From: a virus
DNA length: 64,000 nt
Strand: one strand, 5' to 3'
IMG/VR virus record: IMGVR_UViG_3300046744_000223
Span: 1-64,000 of that record
A program made the position numbers and the translations under genes. The number at the start of each line of letters is the position of its first letter. Positions within the stretch are counted from its first letter, which is position 1. The notes below the pieces were generated by a model. The model saw nothing but the letters and a program-made list of their open reading frames with translations. It did not search any database and was not told the origin of the DNA. This document shows, in pieces, positions 49,282 to 59,212 of the stretch.

Positions 49282-51371
49282 TATCTAACCACCTTAAAAT
49301 AGAAGTTATCATCATAATATTTTGTTGTACTATTCTGGTCTACCCTAAATATAAACTTATAGAATCGTTCCGGTTGAAGTCCATTAAACCAAAAGTTAAA
49401 ATAGTTACCTTCGGAGTCACAACCCACCTTAGTATAAGTAGTGTCGAACGGAATAATTACCTGTTCTGTTTCAGCATCAACTACCGAGTAGTATGAGGTA
49501 GCTGGTAGGTATTTAACCAATTTGTAATTTGATGTTGATGAAAATGTACGTGCCGGAAAACGTTCTCTACCATAGACTCTAATCTTGGCTTTGGAACTTT
49601 CTTTATACTCAGTTGACAAATTCTTAACATATAGTATGATATCATCACCACTCAGCGCGGATAGTGCACCCGTATCGAATGAATCACCATCCCATCTTAC
49701 TTCTAATACCGGTGGATATATTGTATTGGTATCTGACGAGAAGAATTTGATTGAACCAAACTTAGTTGTTGATTGTTCATCCGTTTTAGATTTTTTAACA
49801 ATGAAACCATTATTGGCTCGTGTACCATCCAACCAATCATTTACATAATCAGTTACTTCGACATCCAAATTAGACGTGTACTTATCAAAAGATTGGTAGT
49901 AATGTTTACCTGTGTTGAATGATGAAGTAAACCATGTACCACCACCTTGATTAGAAATCCAGTGCGCATCGTATTTAAAATCAGTATAATATGAAGACGT
50001 TAATACATTTGGGGTTTTGAGTGAGAAAGTATCTAAAGACCCACTAAAATCACCACTACCACTACCAAAGAATGTAAATCTAAAGTTGTGATTCCCATCC
50101 TGCTGTGCTTTAAAAAATACCGTGACATCGTTTGATGATGTTAAGTTTGATACATATGAGTTTTGTAAATATTCAGACGAGTCTAAAAGCCTACCATCAG
50201 GTTCTTGAATACTAAATACAATACCGGATGGAGACCCATCAGCTGAACTTGTATGTATTGTTCCTGGATCTATACTAAAACTTGCTGTGTATATTAGTGT
50301 GTCTTGTAATGTTGCTTTACGATTTAATGTAGCACCACCGTAATTTGACGCTGACATTATCAGTACACCATCTTTAATAGTGGTGATTTGTTTAGACTGT
50401 TGTTCACTTAAAATAATGTCATTTACAACATACGTAGATGGTAGGTCACCATCTATATTGAATTGGTCAAGAAATATTACATCATTCTCTACATTACTGT
50501 ATACGAAGAAGTTATCAAGCTGACCATCCGACCCGTTACTACCATTATCATCAAAGAATGTAAATAAGACTTTATGTATCTTATTACCATTTACAGCAGC
50601 CGAGCCTGTGAATGACATCTCATATGATTTACTACCCACTAATGAATCAAAATAACCACTAACTTCACTATCATCATAATATGAACCATCTGGCTTATAT
50701 ACTCTAAAATCAATTCCAGATAACGATAATTGTTTTGCGTCAAATGCTATTGTGTAGACTGTACCTTCATCCAATGATGAGGATAGAGCGGCAGTTCCAC
50801 CACCATAGTTGGATGCCGATAACACCAATGCCCCATCGATTGCTTGTAATGATGGTGAACTACCATCAGTACCAAGTATTGGTTCAATTAACTCAAAGTT
50901 ACCTGCATTTGAATTAAAGTTGTAGTAAGTTTCAAGTGCTGGAATTAATGATGGGTCAACTGGCTTACCAACTGTGGAATTCAATATATCCCACCCTTCT
51001 GATAAACTTCGTGTTACCCAAGTAACATCTGATTCATTGTGTGGCGTGTCAGCTTGAGAACCAAGTCCTTCGGTAAACCCCTCATATAACGGATATACAA
51101 ATAAGTCGTATTCAGATTGAATTTCACGACTTTCAATATTCTCAACTCTCAATCTATATTGTGGTGATGTGATGTCTCCATTGGCTATTGAAGATGATAT
51201 TTCTTTTAAATCAAATTCAATGAGTGCTCTACTATTACCCAACAAAGAGGTGTTATCAGTATCGTAAAACTTACCGATTTCAAGAATCTCATCCTTACCC
51301 GTGTTTTGATTTTTACGAGCGGAGTCTTCGTATATGGTTGCGTCTTTTTTTGGATATATTCTATAAATCAT
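49281..51371 (-). CDS. Virion protein, DNRLRE-like domain with duplicated insert
   Basis: KDATIYE...NTG...RALIEFD and NNGFIVK...FFSSDT...PVLEV flank two copies of a SASNYGG domain. Confidence 0.6.
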   Translation of the reverse strand: MIYRIYPKKDATIYEDSARKNQNTGKDEILEIGKFYDTDNTSLLGNSRALIEFDLKEISSSIANGDITSPQYRLRVENIESREIQSEYDLFVYPLYEGFTEGLGSQADTPHNESDVTWVTRSLSEGWDILNSTVGKPVDPSLIPALETYYNFNSNAGNFELIEPILGTDGSSPSLQAIDGALVLSASNYGGGTAALSSSLDEGTVYTIAFDAKQLSLSGIDFRVYKPDGSYYDDSEVSGYFDSLVGSKSYEMSFTGSAAVNGNKIHKVLFTFFDDNGSNGSDGQLDNFFVYSNVENDVIFLDQFNIDGDLPSTYVVNDIILSEQQSKQITTIKDGVLIMSASNYGGATLNRKATLQDTLIYTASFSIDPGTIHTSSADGSPSGIVFSIQEPDGRLLDSSEYLQNSYVSNLTSSNDVTVFFKAQQDGNHNFRFTFFGSGSGDFSGSLDTFSLKTPNVLTSSYYTDFKYDAHWISNQGGGTWFTSSFNTGKHYYQSFDKYTSNLDVEVTDYVNDWLDGTRANNGFIVKKSKTDEQSTTKFGSIKFFSSDTNTIYPPVLEVRWDGDSFDTGALSALSGDDIILYVKNLSTEYKESSKAKIRVYGRERFPARTFSSTSNYKLVKYLPATSYYSVVDAETEQVIIPFDTTYTKVGCDSEGNYFNFWFNGLQPERFYKFIFRVDQNSTTKYYDDNFYFKVVR

Positions 51372-51381
51372 CTTCTACCTT

Positions 51382-53292
51382 TTAAAATAATGATACAACT
51401 TTACCTACGATGTCTACGTCAGGATATTTTATTTCAAAACAAGTTGGGTCTTTTGGTGGATACACTATACCATTTCTGGTAGCTTCTTTTGTACTATATT
51501 TATTATCAGAATAAGTTCCGCCAAATTTATTTATAATTTGTAACCCACCCTCATCTTCTTTATTAGGTCTGACTACCGATTGAACACCATCAACTCCATC
51601 CAAACTAACATATAAGTCAGTTAGATTTATCGGTTTGTTAATAGCCATACGTTCGATTTTGAATAATTCTTTTAATGTGTTGATACATTTTAAGAGAACC
51701 TCATTTGAATTGTAATTTGGTAATACTATTATTTCGAAGTTGATACCAATATTTACGATGTATGCATTTTTAATATTTACAGCATCAGTTAATATACGAT
51801 AGTAAGATAAATAGTTTTGTAAGTTTTGCTTTGTAGCATTGTTTAACTGAGTAAGCTTTTTGTTAGAATCATATCCTAATGTATAGAAGTTAATTGCTAA
51901 TGGATTTGGAATTGGGTCCGGACCATCATCCAATAAAGTATTGATTTGGAAGTCAGGTGCAGCATATGCTTTTGCTACCGAGCCAAATTGTGGTGGTAAT
52001 GCGTACGCTCTAAGTAAGTAGTCTTCTCTGGTTACGGCTCTATTTTGTGCTCTAAAATATGCAAGAGCGTTGTTACGTACCTGCTCAATCTCTTCTTCAA
52101 ATTGGGCGCCGGTTGCTGCTACTTCGTTCGTTACTGCTATTGAGTTTTTAACTACATTAAAAACATCATCAACCAACCTACTACCATCAGTTTCAATTAC
52201 ACGTTCTACAATCGTTGTTAAATCAGAAGATGGGACGTTATCAGAAACACCATTACCTATTCGGTATGTAACAGTTAATTCGGTATTAGCTGGAGCTACA
52301 CCATATGTTTTAGCGTACATAAAGTTTGATGGGTCAACCCCTTGGTCAAGGTCACCACTTGCAGGATATAGTGCGGAGCCAACGTTATCCGGATTTGGAA
52401 GTATCTCTTCGTCTGAATTTGATGATACCCCTGCTCCAAATTGAATGTCGAGTGTACCATCGTCAGTTATACGTGTAATGTAACGTTTGGGTACTCTTTT
52501 TAGTTTAAGTAATGATGGTGTCTCATTTGCGTAAGCAGCCATGGCTAATGAGTAATCGGTAGTGTTTGGTAATTCTTCAAACACAGTGTCTTGTGCTAGA
52601 TACTCAACCTTAGTCCACTCATCACCATCATCATCCATGATGCTTATTACATCAATCAAACCATCCGCTTCTATTTTTATTTTATCGTAAGGTTTTGGAG
52701 AACCAAAGTTAAATGTAGATGTTTCACTTTTACCACTAACTGCTTTAACATATTTTTTTAATAAATAATAGATAGGTTCGTTTGTTGTTTCGTCAATTTG
52801 ATAAACCGAAACGTCAGTGGGGTCGAATGAAGATGATTGTGCAAATCTTACTTTATTTATAGTAGTGAATTCAACGTTGGGACTTTCAGTTGAACCAATG
52901 ACCATACCTTCTTTTAAGGTTAATGCGTAGTCAAAGTTTGGTTTAACATCATCACCACTACCCATCGCTGGTAATATCTGATACACAGTCATATTGGTTG
53001 TTGCTGGTACATTTAACTTTGGCTTGTACCCAAATGATTGTGCTATTGTAAATACATTAGACTTTTCTTGAGCTTCTTCTAAAACAGATTCTCTTAATTG
53101 AACATCGGTGTAATATGAAAGTACATCACCCACATATGCCGCCATTTCCATAAACATCATACCAGGAGATGATTCATTAAAATCATTATAGGTATTTGGG
53201 AAATATGTTTTAGTAAAGTCAATTAGATTCTTACGGATATCACCGAAGTCTCTACCTATTAAATTTACATCTTTTTTTATTTTATCAGCCAT
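51382..53292 (-). CDS. Baseplate wedge subunit (gp6/baseplate J-like)
   Basis: DFNESSPGMMFMEMAAYVGDVLSYY, IQFGAG, QNRAVTREDY. Confidence 0.92.
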   Translation of the reverse strand: MADKIKKDVNLIGRDFGDIRKNLIDFTKTYFPNTYNDFNESSPGMMFMEMAAYVGDVLSYYTDVQLRESVLEEAQEKSNVFTIAQSFGYKPKLNVPATTNMTVYQILPAMGSGDDVKPNFDYALTLKEGMVIGSTESPNVEFTTINKVRFAQSSSFDPTDVSVYQIDETTNEPIYYLLKKYVKAVSGKSETSTFNFGSPKPYDKIKIEADGLIDVISIMDDDGDEWTKVEYLAQDTVFEELPNTTDYSLAMAAYANETPSLLKLKRVPKRYITRITDDGTLDIQFGAGVSSNSDEEILPNPDNVGSALYPASGDLDQGVDPSNFMYAKTYGVAPANTELTVTYRIGNGVSDNVPSSDLTTIVERVIETDGSRLVDDVFNVVKNSIAVTNEVAATGAQFEEEIEQVRNNALAYFRAQNRAVTREDYLLRAYALPPQFGSVAKAYAAPDFQINTLLDDGPDPIPNPLAINFYTLGYDSNKKLTQLNNATKQNLQNYLSYYRILTDAVNIKNAYIVNIGINFEIIVLPNYNSNEVLLKCINTLKELFKIERMAINKPINLTDLYVSLDGVDGVQSVVRPNKEDEGGLQIINKFGGTYSDNKYSTKEATRNGIVYPPKDPTCFEIKYPDVDIVGKVVSLF

Positions 53293-53301
53293 GTCTTATC
53301 C

Positions 53302-53736
53302 TTAAACAATAGATATATTACCTTGCTCTGAAACAAGAATTGTTATTTTTGTGTTTGCCCCACGGTCAGTTACCTTAACTACTAAATTTATGTTTACTCT
53401 ATTATTATCTTCGTTGGTAATTACTCGTATACTATCTATAATAATATATGGAAGCCAGAATTTAATATCATCTCGTAGTGAACTTTCCAAATCATCTGCT
53501 AAGTCTTCTGTCATTTGTTCAAATAACAATGAGTATACATCGGAACCAAATGTTGGTTGAAGATGACGTTCACCCTTTCTTGTTAAAATCAAGTTTTTAA
53601 GATTAGATATAGCCTGCTCTTCAGTTGTATATGATAGTTTAAATAATGGACTACCACCCAATGGTAACAAAACTCCAACTGCCTTATTCCTTTTTAAGTC
53701 TAAAGGATTGATACTAAATTCATTACGGGATGCCAT
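53302..53736 (-). CDS. Baseplate wedge gp25-like protein
   Basis: NLKNLILTRKGERHLQPTFGS...LLFEQ. Confidence 0.92.
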   Translation of the reverse strand: MASRNEFSINPLDLKRNKAVGVLLPLGGSPLFKLSYTTEEQAISNLKNLILTRKGERHLQPTFGSDVYSLLFEQMTEDLADDLESSLRDDIKFWLPYIIIDSIRVITNEDNNRVNINLVVKVTDRGANTKITILVSEQGNISIV

Positions 53737-54218
53737 TAGCTACCCTTCTTATTATTTATATGTTTCATTAAACCTGAGTAGTCACGTGTTAGTGCGTCAA
53801 CTACCGCTTTACCTGCGTCAGTTTGTTGTAGCTGATTAGTTGGTATTGTTCTACCATCTGCGTTTTGTAACACTTGTGGTTGTTGACCCATACCACCAGC
53901 GAACGCCTGTGCTTGTGATGCATCAAACATACCACCACCAACTCCATTTGAATTAATACTTCTCCACTCACCACTATCAGCGGTTTCGTTTAACATATCA
54001 TTTAACGTTGCGTTGCCGGTAAATGATTTATTTATTTTAGTATTAGATTCAAATACGTGGTCTACATCAAGCGGGTCTTTCTCAACAACGTTTGGCTGTG
54101 ATTGCTTCATCTCTTTTATAATAGAAGCTCGTAAAGACTTCTCACGTTTAGAGACTTCCTTCTTTACCTCTTCTTTAATGATGAGTTGAATTGCCTTAAT
54201 TAGTTTCTTTGTATCCAT
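53736..54218 (-). CDS. Hypothetical protein
   Basis: LIIKEEV and LNDMLNETA motifs; ALTRDYSGLMK near the C-terminus. Confidence 0.7.
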   Translation of the reverse strand: MDTKKLIKAIQLIIKEEVKKEVSKREKSLRASIIKEMKQSQPNVVEKDPLDVDHVFESNTKINKSFTGNATLNDMLNETADSGEWRSINSNGVGGGMFDASQAQAFAGGMGQQPQVLQNADGRTIPTNQLQQTDAGKAVVDALTRDYSGLMKHINNKKGS

Positions 54219-54242
54219 GATAATAAATATGTTTATATATAA

Positions 54243-55241
54243 TTATTGTTTCATTAATGTTAACTGAGTTTTTACTTGAGTAATCGTAGATAACAATTGA
54301 GGACCACCGGCCGTTAGTGATGGGACTGGCCCACCAGTATTGGCAGCCGCAGTTAGTTGGGGTGCTAACTGTAATAGTGCATCGGTGATTGATTCCAACT
54401 GACTGAATATGACATCCATATCAGCTTTCCAATTGGACGTTGATACATTTACCGATTTAGCACCACTGATTAGAACTGAGTCTTTTTTTGAATTTAGAAC
54501 GAGTCGGTCCGAGTTTAATACTATTTGTGGTTTAGTATATAGAGATGTGGGTGTAACTCCTAACGTAAAGTTATTTGACGACTTAATTCCAACCTTTTGT
54601 TTAGAAGCTAAGTATATAGATGAGTCGTCATCATTGATATCTTCTATAACAAATTTATTATACCCATTTGAGTTACCAGCGCCATTACGAATAATAGTGA
54701 TTGGTGATTCGGGTGTAGTTGAGGTCCAAGATGGTTTAATCTTAGAATCTGAATTTTGTGGAGTATACCCAAATCGAATTGATTGGCCAAACCTACCCTC
54801 ATGTATAATATCACCTGAGTATGGTTGTAGTTGTGATAGGTCTGATACTATTTTGAACTCTTTATTCTTAGGGTCGGATTTAGAAGGGCCTGATGTGTTC
54901 GGAACTCCGGCTGAGGTAATATTATAATCACCACCAATCGTACTTCCTTCAAGTCTGGTTGCGTTTTCTAATATATTATTATTTACATTACCTTGTAATG
55001 AAACCGGATGTGAGTAATAAAATACAGTAGCACCACCACCCGTAGCAGATATGAAATCAGAAGGTGCTTTTTGTATACATACATACTCACCAACAACAGG
55101 AATAGTTTTACTAAGTATACTTAATGGCTTAGCTAAAATACGTTTACTTGTATTTGATTCTTTTAGAGAAGCTTGTATTGAGTAGGGTCCGTTGGGGTTA
55201 TCATCATCTAAATATACTTCTAATACTTGTGCATATTTCAT
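54243..55241 (-). CDS. Baseplate hub/spike-like protein (gp5-like)
   Basis: IPVVGEYV OB-fold-like start, GDIIHEGRFGQSIRFG, QIVLNSDRLVLNSK; near the gp25-like gene. Confidence 0.6.
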   Translation of the reverse strand: MKYAQVLEVYLDDDNPNGPYSIQASLKESNTSKRILAKPLSILSKTIPVVGEYVCIQKAPSDFISATGGGATVFYYSHPVSLQGNVNNNILENATRLEGSTIGGDYNITSAGVPNTSGPSKSDPKNKEFKIVSDLSQLQPYSGDIIHEGRFGQSIRFGYTPQNSDSKIKPSWTSTTPESPITIIRNGAGNSNGYNKFVIEDINDDDSSIYLASKQKVGIKSSNNFTLGVTPTSLYTKPQIVLNSDRLVLNSKKDSVLISGAKSVNVSTSNWKADMDVIFSQLESITDALLQLAPQLTAAANTGGPVPSLTAGGPQLLSTITQVKTQLTLMKQ

Positions 55242-55600
55242 TCATCACCCCCATCGTCTTTAGGTAGGTCTTTCTCAACCTCATCAATAGCATCCATCAA
55301 TTGTCTCTTCTCCTCTGGTGATAATAACATACCACCATCTGAGCCTGAATTGTTGTCCTTCATCATACGTTGGACGATTGCTGCTAATTTAATTAAAGCA
55401 TCGTCATTACGAACTGATATATCTAAGTATTCTTTTATCAAAGGTACAACTACTGATGCATCACCCAAACTCTTAACCATTGGTTCGAGTTGAGCAATCA
55501 GTAGTTTGATTTGGCGGTCTTTCTTTTTTTGATTGGAATATATGTCTGACATAATATCCGAGAAAGACTTACCTTTAAATAATTCAGTATCCTTATCCAT
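55238..55600 (-). CDS. Hypothetical helical protein
   Basis: VVPLIKEYLDISVRNDDALIKLAAIVQR. Confidence 0.7.
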   Translation of the reverse strand: MDKDTELFKGKSFSDIMSDIYSNQKKKDRQIKLLIAQLEPMVKSLGDASVVVPLIKEYLDISVRNDDALIKLAAIVQRMMKDNNSGSDGGMLLSPEEKRQLMDAIDEVEKDLPKDDGGDE

Positions 55601-56309
55601 TAAATTCCTCCACTCGATGTGTTACTGGTAATATATCACCTTTCATAAAATCGATATATAGTTCTTTGTATATAACCTTCATCTTACCTACCACACGTGT
55701 GATGTATTGAGTCTGAACTCCAGTTCTCTCCCTAATAAGTATATAGAGAGCCTTTTTATTGTAAGAATATAGGTTATCACGTGTTCTAAATAATTCAGTA
55801 AGCGAATCTGCTATCTTTTGGTCCCGTTCTTTATTGAATATTGTAAGAATATTACTATCCATGTACATTACATAGTAATCCATGAAATCTTTTAGAGCTT
55901 CCATTTGTCGTTTATCGAATACCTCATTTACAATATCACGTGACGAGTCTATGACTTCAACACCATCTCTCATTTTCATACGAGCATAATTAGCATTGTT
56001 TTCATTGAACAAATAGTTACGTGCTATTACAGTAAAGTATGAGAACGCTCTACCATTGTCTCCATTGAACTTATGAATCTTCTCATTTAAGAATGCTACT
56101 ACATTTGCTTTAACATCTTCGTATGGAACTTCAAAATAATAAGTCTTGTAAGTATGTATTACATTCTCTGCAAGTTTATCAAATGGGTAATGAATAAACC
56201 GATTGTATATTTTATTCTTTAGTCGCTGGTCATCACAATTGTTATATGCGTTGATTGCAATCTCATTTATTTTATTAAAATATCTTTTATTCTTCCTCTT
56301 TCGACCCAT
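55593..56309 (-). CDS. Late-transcription sigma factor (T4 gp55-like)
   Basis: KRYF N-terminus; KIHKFNGDNGRAFSYFTVIARNY resembles the sigma region 2 / gp55 FAYFT motif. Confidence 0.7.
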   Translation of the reverse strand: MGRKRKNKRYFNKINEIAINAYNNCDDQRLKNKIYNRFIHYPFDKLAENVIHTYKTYYFEVPYEDVKANVVAFLNEKIHKFNGDNGRAFSYFTVIARNYLFNENNANYARMKMRDGVEVIDSSRDIVNEVFDKRQMEALKDFMDYYVMYMDSNILTIFNKERDQKIADSLTELFRTRDNLYSYNKKALYILIRERTGVQTQYITRVVGKMKVIYKELYIDFMKGDILPVTHRVEEFNG

Positions 56310-56568
56310 AGTACTTTTCTAATTGTTCAATTACTTCATACAAATTCTTAAAGATAAATCCAGTCTCATCATCTGCTTCAAAAGAACCTAACTTATCAAT
56401 CTCTTTCATCTTAGCCATAGAATCATCAATTCTATTTGCGGTGTCTGATATTACTATCTCCTGCTCTTCCACAACATCTTCGTATGCTTCGTTCTTACGA
56501 AGAAGGTTTATCGTACTAAATAAAAATACGATTGTTGTTATTGATAATATAATAATTGTTATAATCAT
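56287..56568 (-). CDS. Small membrane protein
   Basis: N-terminal transmembrane helix; GSFEADDETGFIF. Confidence 0.7.
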   Translation of the reverse strand: MIITIIILSITTIVFLFSTINLLRKNEAYEDVVEEQEIVISDTANRIDDSMAKMKEIDKLGSFEADDETGFIFKNLYEVIEQLEKYYGSKEEE

Positions 56569-56569
56569 A

Positions 56570-57349
56570 TTACTCCTCTATAATTCCTTTAAATGCGTCG
56601 AATACACTTTTAGTATCAGTATTACTATTAGTAAAAGCGTCACCTAAATTCCCCTTCTTAGGTCTACCAATAGTTGACTTCCGTGTAGACTTTATTGGAT
56701 TCATTTCTTTCATCCATCTCTCATTCTCGTATCTTGCAGCGAATAAGTCAGCGGTATGCATTACGTATGGCATCGATGTTTTTAATGCGTCATCTTTATT
56801 GTACTTGATAAAATACTCTTTGTTATTCTCGTCATACAATCCATCAGTAAGTTTAATACCAATCCATTCTTCTTGGGTACATTGAATACCAAAGTAGTTT
56901 AGTAGATAGAATGTTCTATCGTTTAGATTCATCCAATGGATGTCTGAATTTGTTTTATAAATCTTACCTTGATTCTTTATATGCCATTCGGAATCATTCT
57001 TAACATAGTAATCCAACTCAGGCGTACCCAACTTACCAAGGTCGTGGTGTAGTGCTGTGAATATTAGACTCTCTCTACTATAATCACCAACACCACCCAA
57101 CTCAGAATAAAGGTCGTATACTTTTAAAGCATTACGCGTTACCCTAAGAACGTGGTCGATGTATCCACCTGGAAATGCATTGTGGTAATGTTCTACCGAA
57201 GATGCTGGTGTATAAATCATACGTTCTTCGAAGTGGTCGTACATTTTATTAAGTGCTTCTAATCGGTCACCTTCAAATGTTTTGTTAATTAGTTTACGGA
57301 ACTTCTCGTAGTTCTCTACGAGTTCTTCTGCTGTGAAAAAGTCTAACAT
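56570..57349 (-). CDS. HD-domain phosphohydrolase (YhaM-like)
   Basis: PAS...HNAFPGGYIDH, LHHDLGK, HTAD. Confidence 0.85.
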   Translation of the reverse strand: MLDFFTAEELVENYEKFRKLINKTFEGDRLEALNKMYDHFEERMIYTPASSVEHYHNAFPGGYIDHVLRVTRNALKVYDLYSELGGVGDYSRESLIFTALHHDLGKLGTPELDYYVKNDSEWHIKNQGKIYKTNSDIHWMNLNDRTFYLLNYFGIQCTQEEWIGIKLTDGLYDENNKEYFIKYNKDDALKTSMPYVMHTADLFAARYENERWMKEMNPIKSTRKSTIGRPKKGNLGDAFTNSNTDTKSVFDAFKGIIEE

Positions 57350-57355
57350 ATTATT

Positions 57356-57985
57356 TTAAATTATTTTATCGATGATACCACACTCAAGTGCTTTTTCTGC
57401 TGACATAAAGTAGTCTGAAGAAGATATACCTTCCCAATACTCTTTGTCCATTTTAGAATTTTCAGCCATAAGTTGATTACAATCATTCTCTAACTCTTCA
57501 GAGAATCGTGCGTTTGATTTAACATCACTCAACTTACCTACTGCGACTGTTGATAATTGATGTACCATAATCTTAGAGTGTTTAGATGCAGCCCGTAGAC
57601 CAGTACCACAAGTAAGTAGAAGTGCTGCTGCTGACATAGCTGACCCTCTTACAATGATATTAAACTTAATACCTTGAGCTTCTTGAGACTTCATGTAATC
57701 TATCAAAGCTAAAGTTTCGATTACATCCCCACCAGGAGAGTTGAGTAATATATTAATAGTATTGATATCACCATTTATCTTCAGAAGTAATCTGACCTTA
57801 GATACAATGTCAAATGTTAACCCACTTGATATTTCATCTTGTATTAAGATAACATTGTCCGTGGTGTCTATACCATAATCGAATTCACGATAAAAACTTC
57901 TATGGTCATCTTTAGAGTTATCCGTATCATGATAACTTAAACTAACTCCAGCAGAGGTTGGTGTTGTGTTGTATAGTTCATCCAT
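57356..57985 (-). CDS. clpP: ClpP-like serine protease
   Basis: LNSPGGDV, AMSAA (Ser), MVHQ (His), DYFMSAEKALECGIIDKI (Asp). Confidence 0.9.
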   Translation of the reverse strand: MDELYNTTPTSAGVSLSYHDTDNSKDDHRSFYREFDYGIDTTDNVILIQDEISSGLTFDIVSKVRLLLKINGDINTINILLNSPGGDVIETLALIDYMKSQEAQGIKFNIIVRGSAMSAAALLLTCGTGLRAASKHSKIMVHQLSTVAVGKLSDVKSNARFSEELENDCNQLMAENSKMDKEYWEGISSSDYFMSAEKALECGIIDKII

Positions 57986-58010
57986 TAGTTTATAACTTGT
58001 TTATTTATAT

Positions 58011-58042
58011 ACAATATACAAAAAAATATTGACATACACAAA
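58011..58042 (-). promoter_or_regulatory. Bacteroidota-type promoter upstream of clpP
   Basis: TTTG-N20-TATATTGT. Confidence 0.55.
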
Positions 58043-58043
58043 T

Positions 58044-59075
58044 TTATTTAGTAGATGCGTTTTTGTATATATGTTTAGTCTTTGAATTAGATTTACGATT
58101 CTCACCATATAATTTTCTAGCATCATCATCCGTTGGGATAAATGTTACATCTTCCTTTTCAATTGGTTCAGTCTTTGGTACAACTGGTACTTTGGTAAGT
58201 TCTGGCACAATAACATCATCGATAACTTCGTCTGACTCTTCCTCTTCAGAGATTGGTAGTTTTACATCAGTAGGTTTAGATGTTAACTTGTTTAATGCTA
58301 TTACCATTGAAATAGCAAGTGGGTCAAATACAAATACTATAAGTAATGTAAACCAATTAACAATCACATTCATAGGTCGGCCGGTGATTTCGGACATATA
58401 TCTCAATGGCCCAACTTCGGCGGCTACTTCGTTATTAGATTCTAAATCCAATACTTTTAAATCGAGTGATGTAATTGAATCGGTCAATACCTCAATTTTT
58501 ATTGATATACCATCACGTGATTCAACTGCTGATGTTAATTGACGTTCCAAAGCTCTACGTTGAGATGATGACGTTGTTGTTATAATCTGACCAGTTTCTT
58601 TGTCACGATATTGTACTACATTATTAGATAGCCCATTACGTAGTTCCGTAATTGATTCCGATAACTGATTCTTTTCTATATTAAAGTAATCCAATTGTTC
58701 TTGGAATCTTCCCTTCTTTAAATCAATTACTTGAACTTGTTTATCCAACACACCTAATTGGTCAGCAGTCTTTTGATATGCTGATGTTAAGAATCCATAG
58801 ATACCTGCTGAGGTGATTACCATTAATACACCAACTGCTAAGGTAAGATACCACTTCATCCAACCAGCAGTCTTCCAATTGTTATGTAAGTATGATGCTA
58901 TTATAAGTTTAGAAAATTCTAATGAACCAGCCATTATTATTACCTCAGTTCTAGCACCAGCAAACAGTGAACTTAATCCAAATACTGAATAATATGCAGC
59001 TGAAATAGCTAACCCTAATGTACTGATAGTCATTAGGAGTATGAACATATTCTTCCTATTAAAAAGTTTTTTCAT
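58044..59075 (-). CDS. Multi-pass membrane coiled-coil protein
   Basis: Three N-terminal transmembrane segments, a coiled coil, EVGPLRY, then IVFVFDPLAI transmembrane segment. Confidence 0.75.
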   Translation of the reverse strand: MKKLFNRKNMFILLMTISTLGLAISAAYYSVFGLSSLFAGARTEVIIMAGSLEFSKLIIASYLHNNWKTAGWMKWYLTLAVGVLMVITSAGIYGFLTSAYQKTADQLGVLDKQVQVIDLKKGRFQEQLDYFNIEKNQLSESITELRNGLSNNVVQYRDKETGQIITTTSSSQRRALERQLTSAVESRDGISIKIEVLTDSITSLDLKVLDLESNNEVAAEVGPLRYMSEITGRPMNVIVNWFTLLIVFVFDPLAISMVIALNKLTSKPTDVKLPISEEEESDEVIDDVIVPELTKVPVVPKTEPIEKEDVTFIPTDDDARKLYGENRKSNSKTKHIYKNASTK

Positions 59076-59212
59076 TTATTTTTCCACAAATTGGTTTTAC
59101 TAACTTCAGGAGTTGTACTTATTATTAAACTACGTTTTCGCTAAGCAGCTCAAGCCAAGTTAACCACCTGATAGGTATAAATATCAGGAAAATAATTAAT
59201 AAATTAATTAAA

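Noticed and set aside
57356-57985. ClpP as the capsid maturation protease
   Set aside because: A clear gp21-like protease is already in the head module, and this gene lies about 39 kb away among non-structural genes.
59090-59170. tRNA gene
   Set aside because: No T-loop GTTCRA or cloverleaf. I saw no tRNA anywhere in the window, although tRNAscan was not run.
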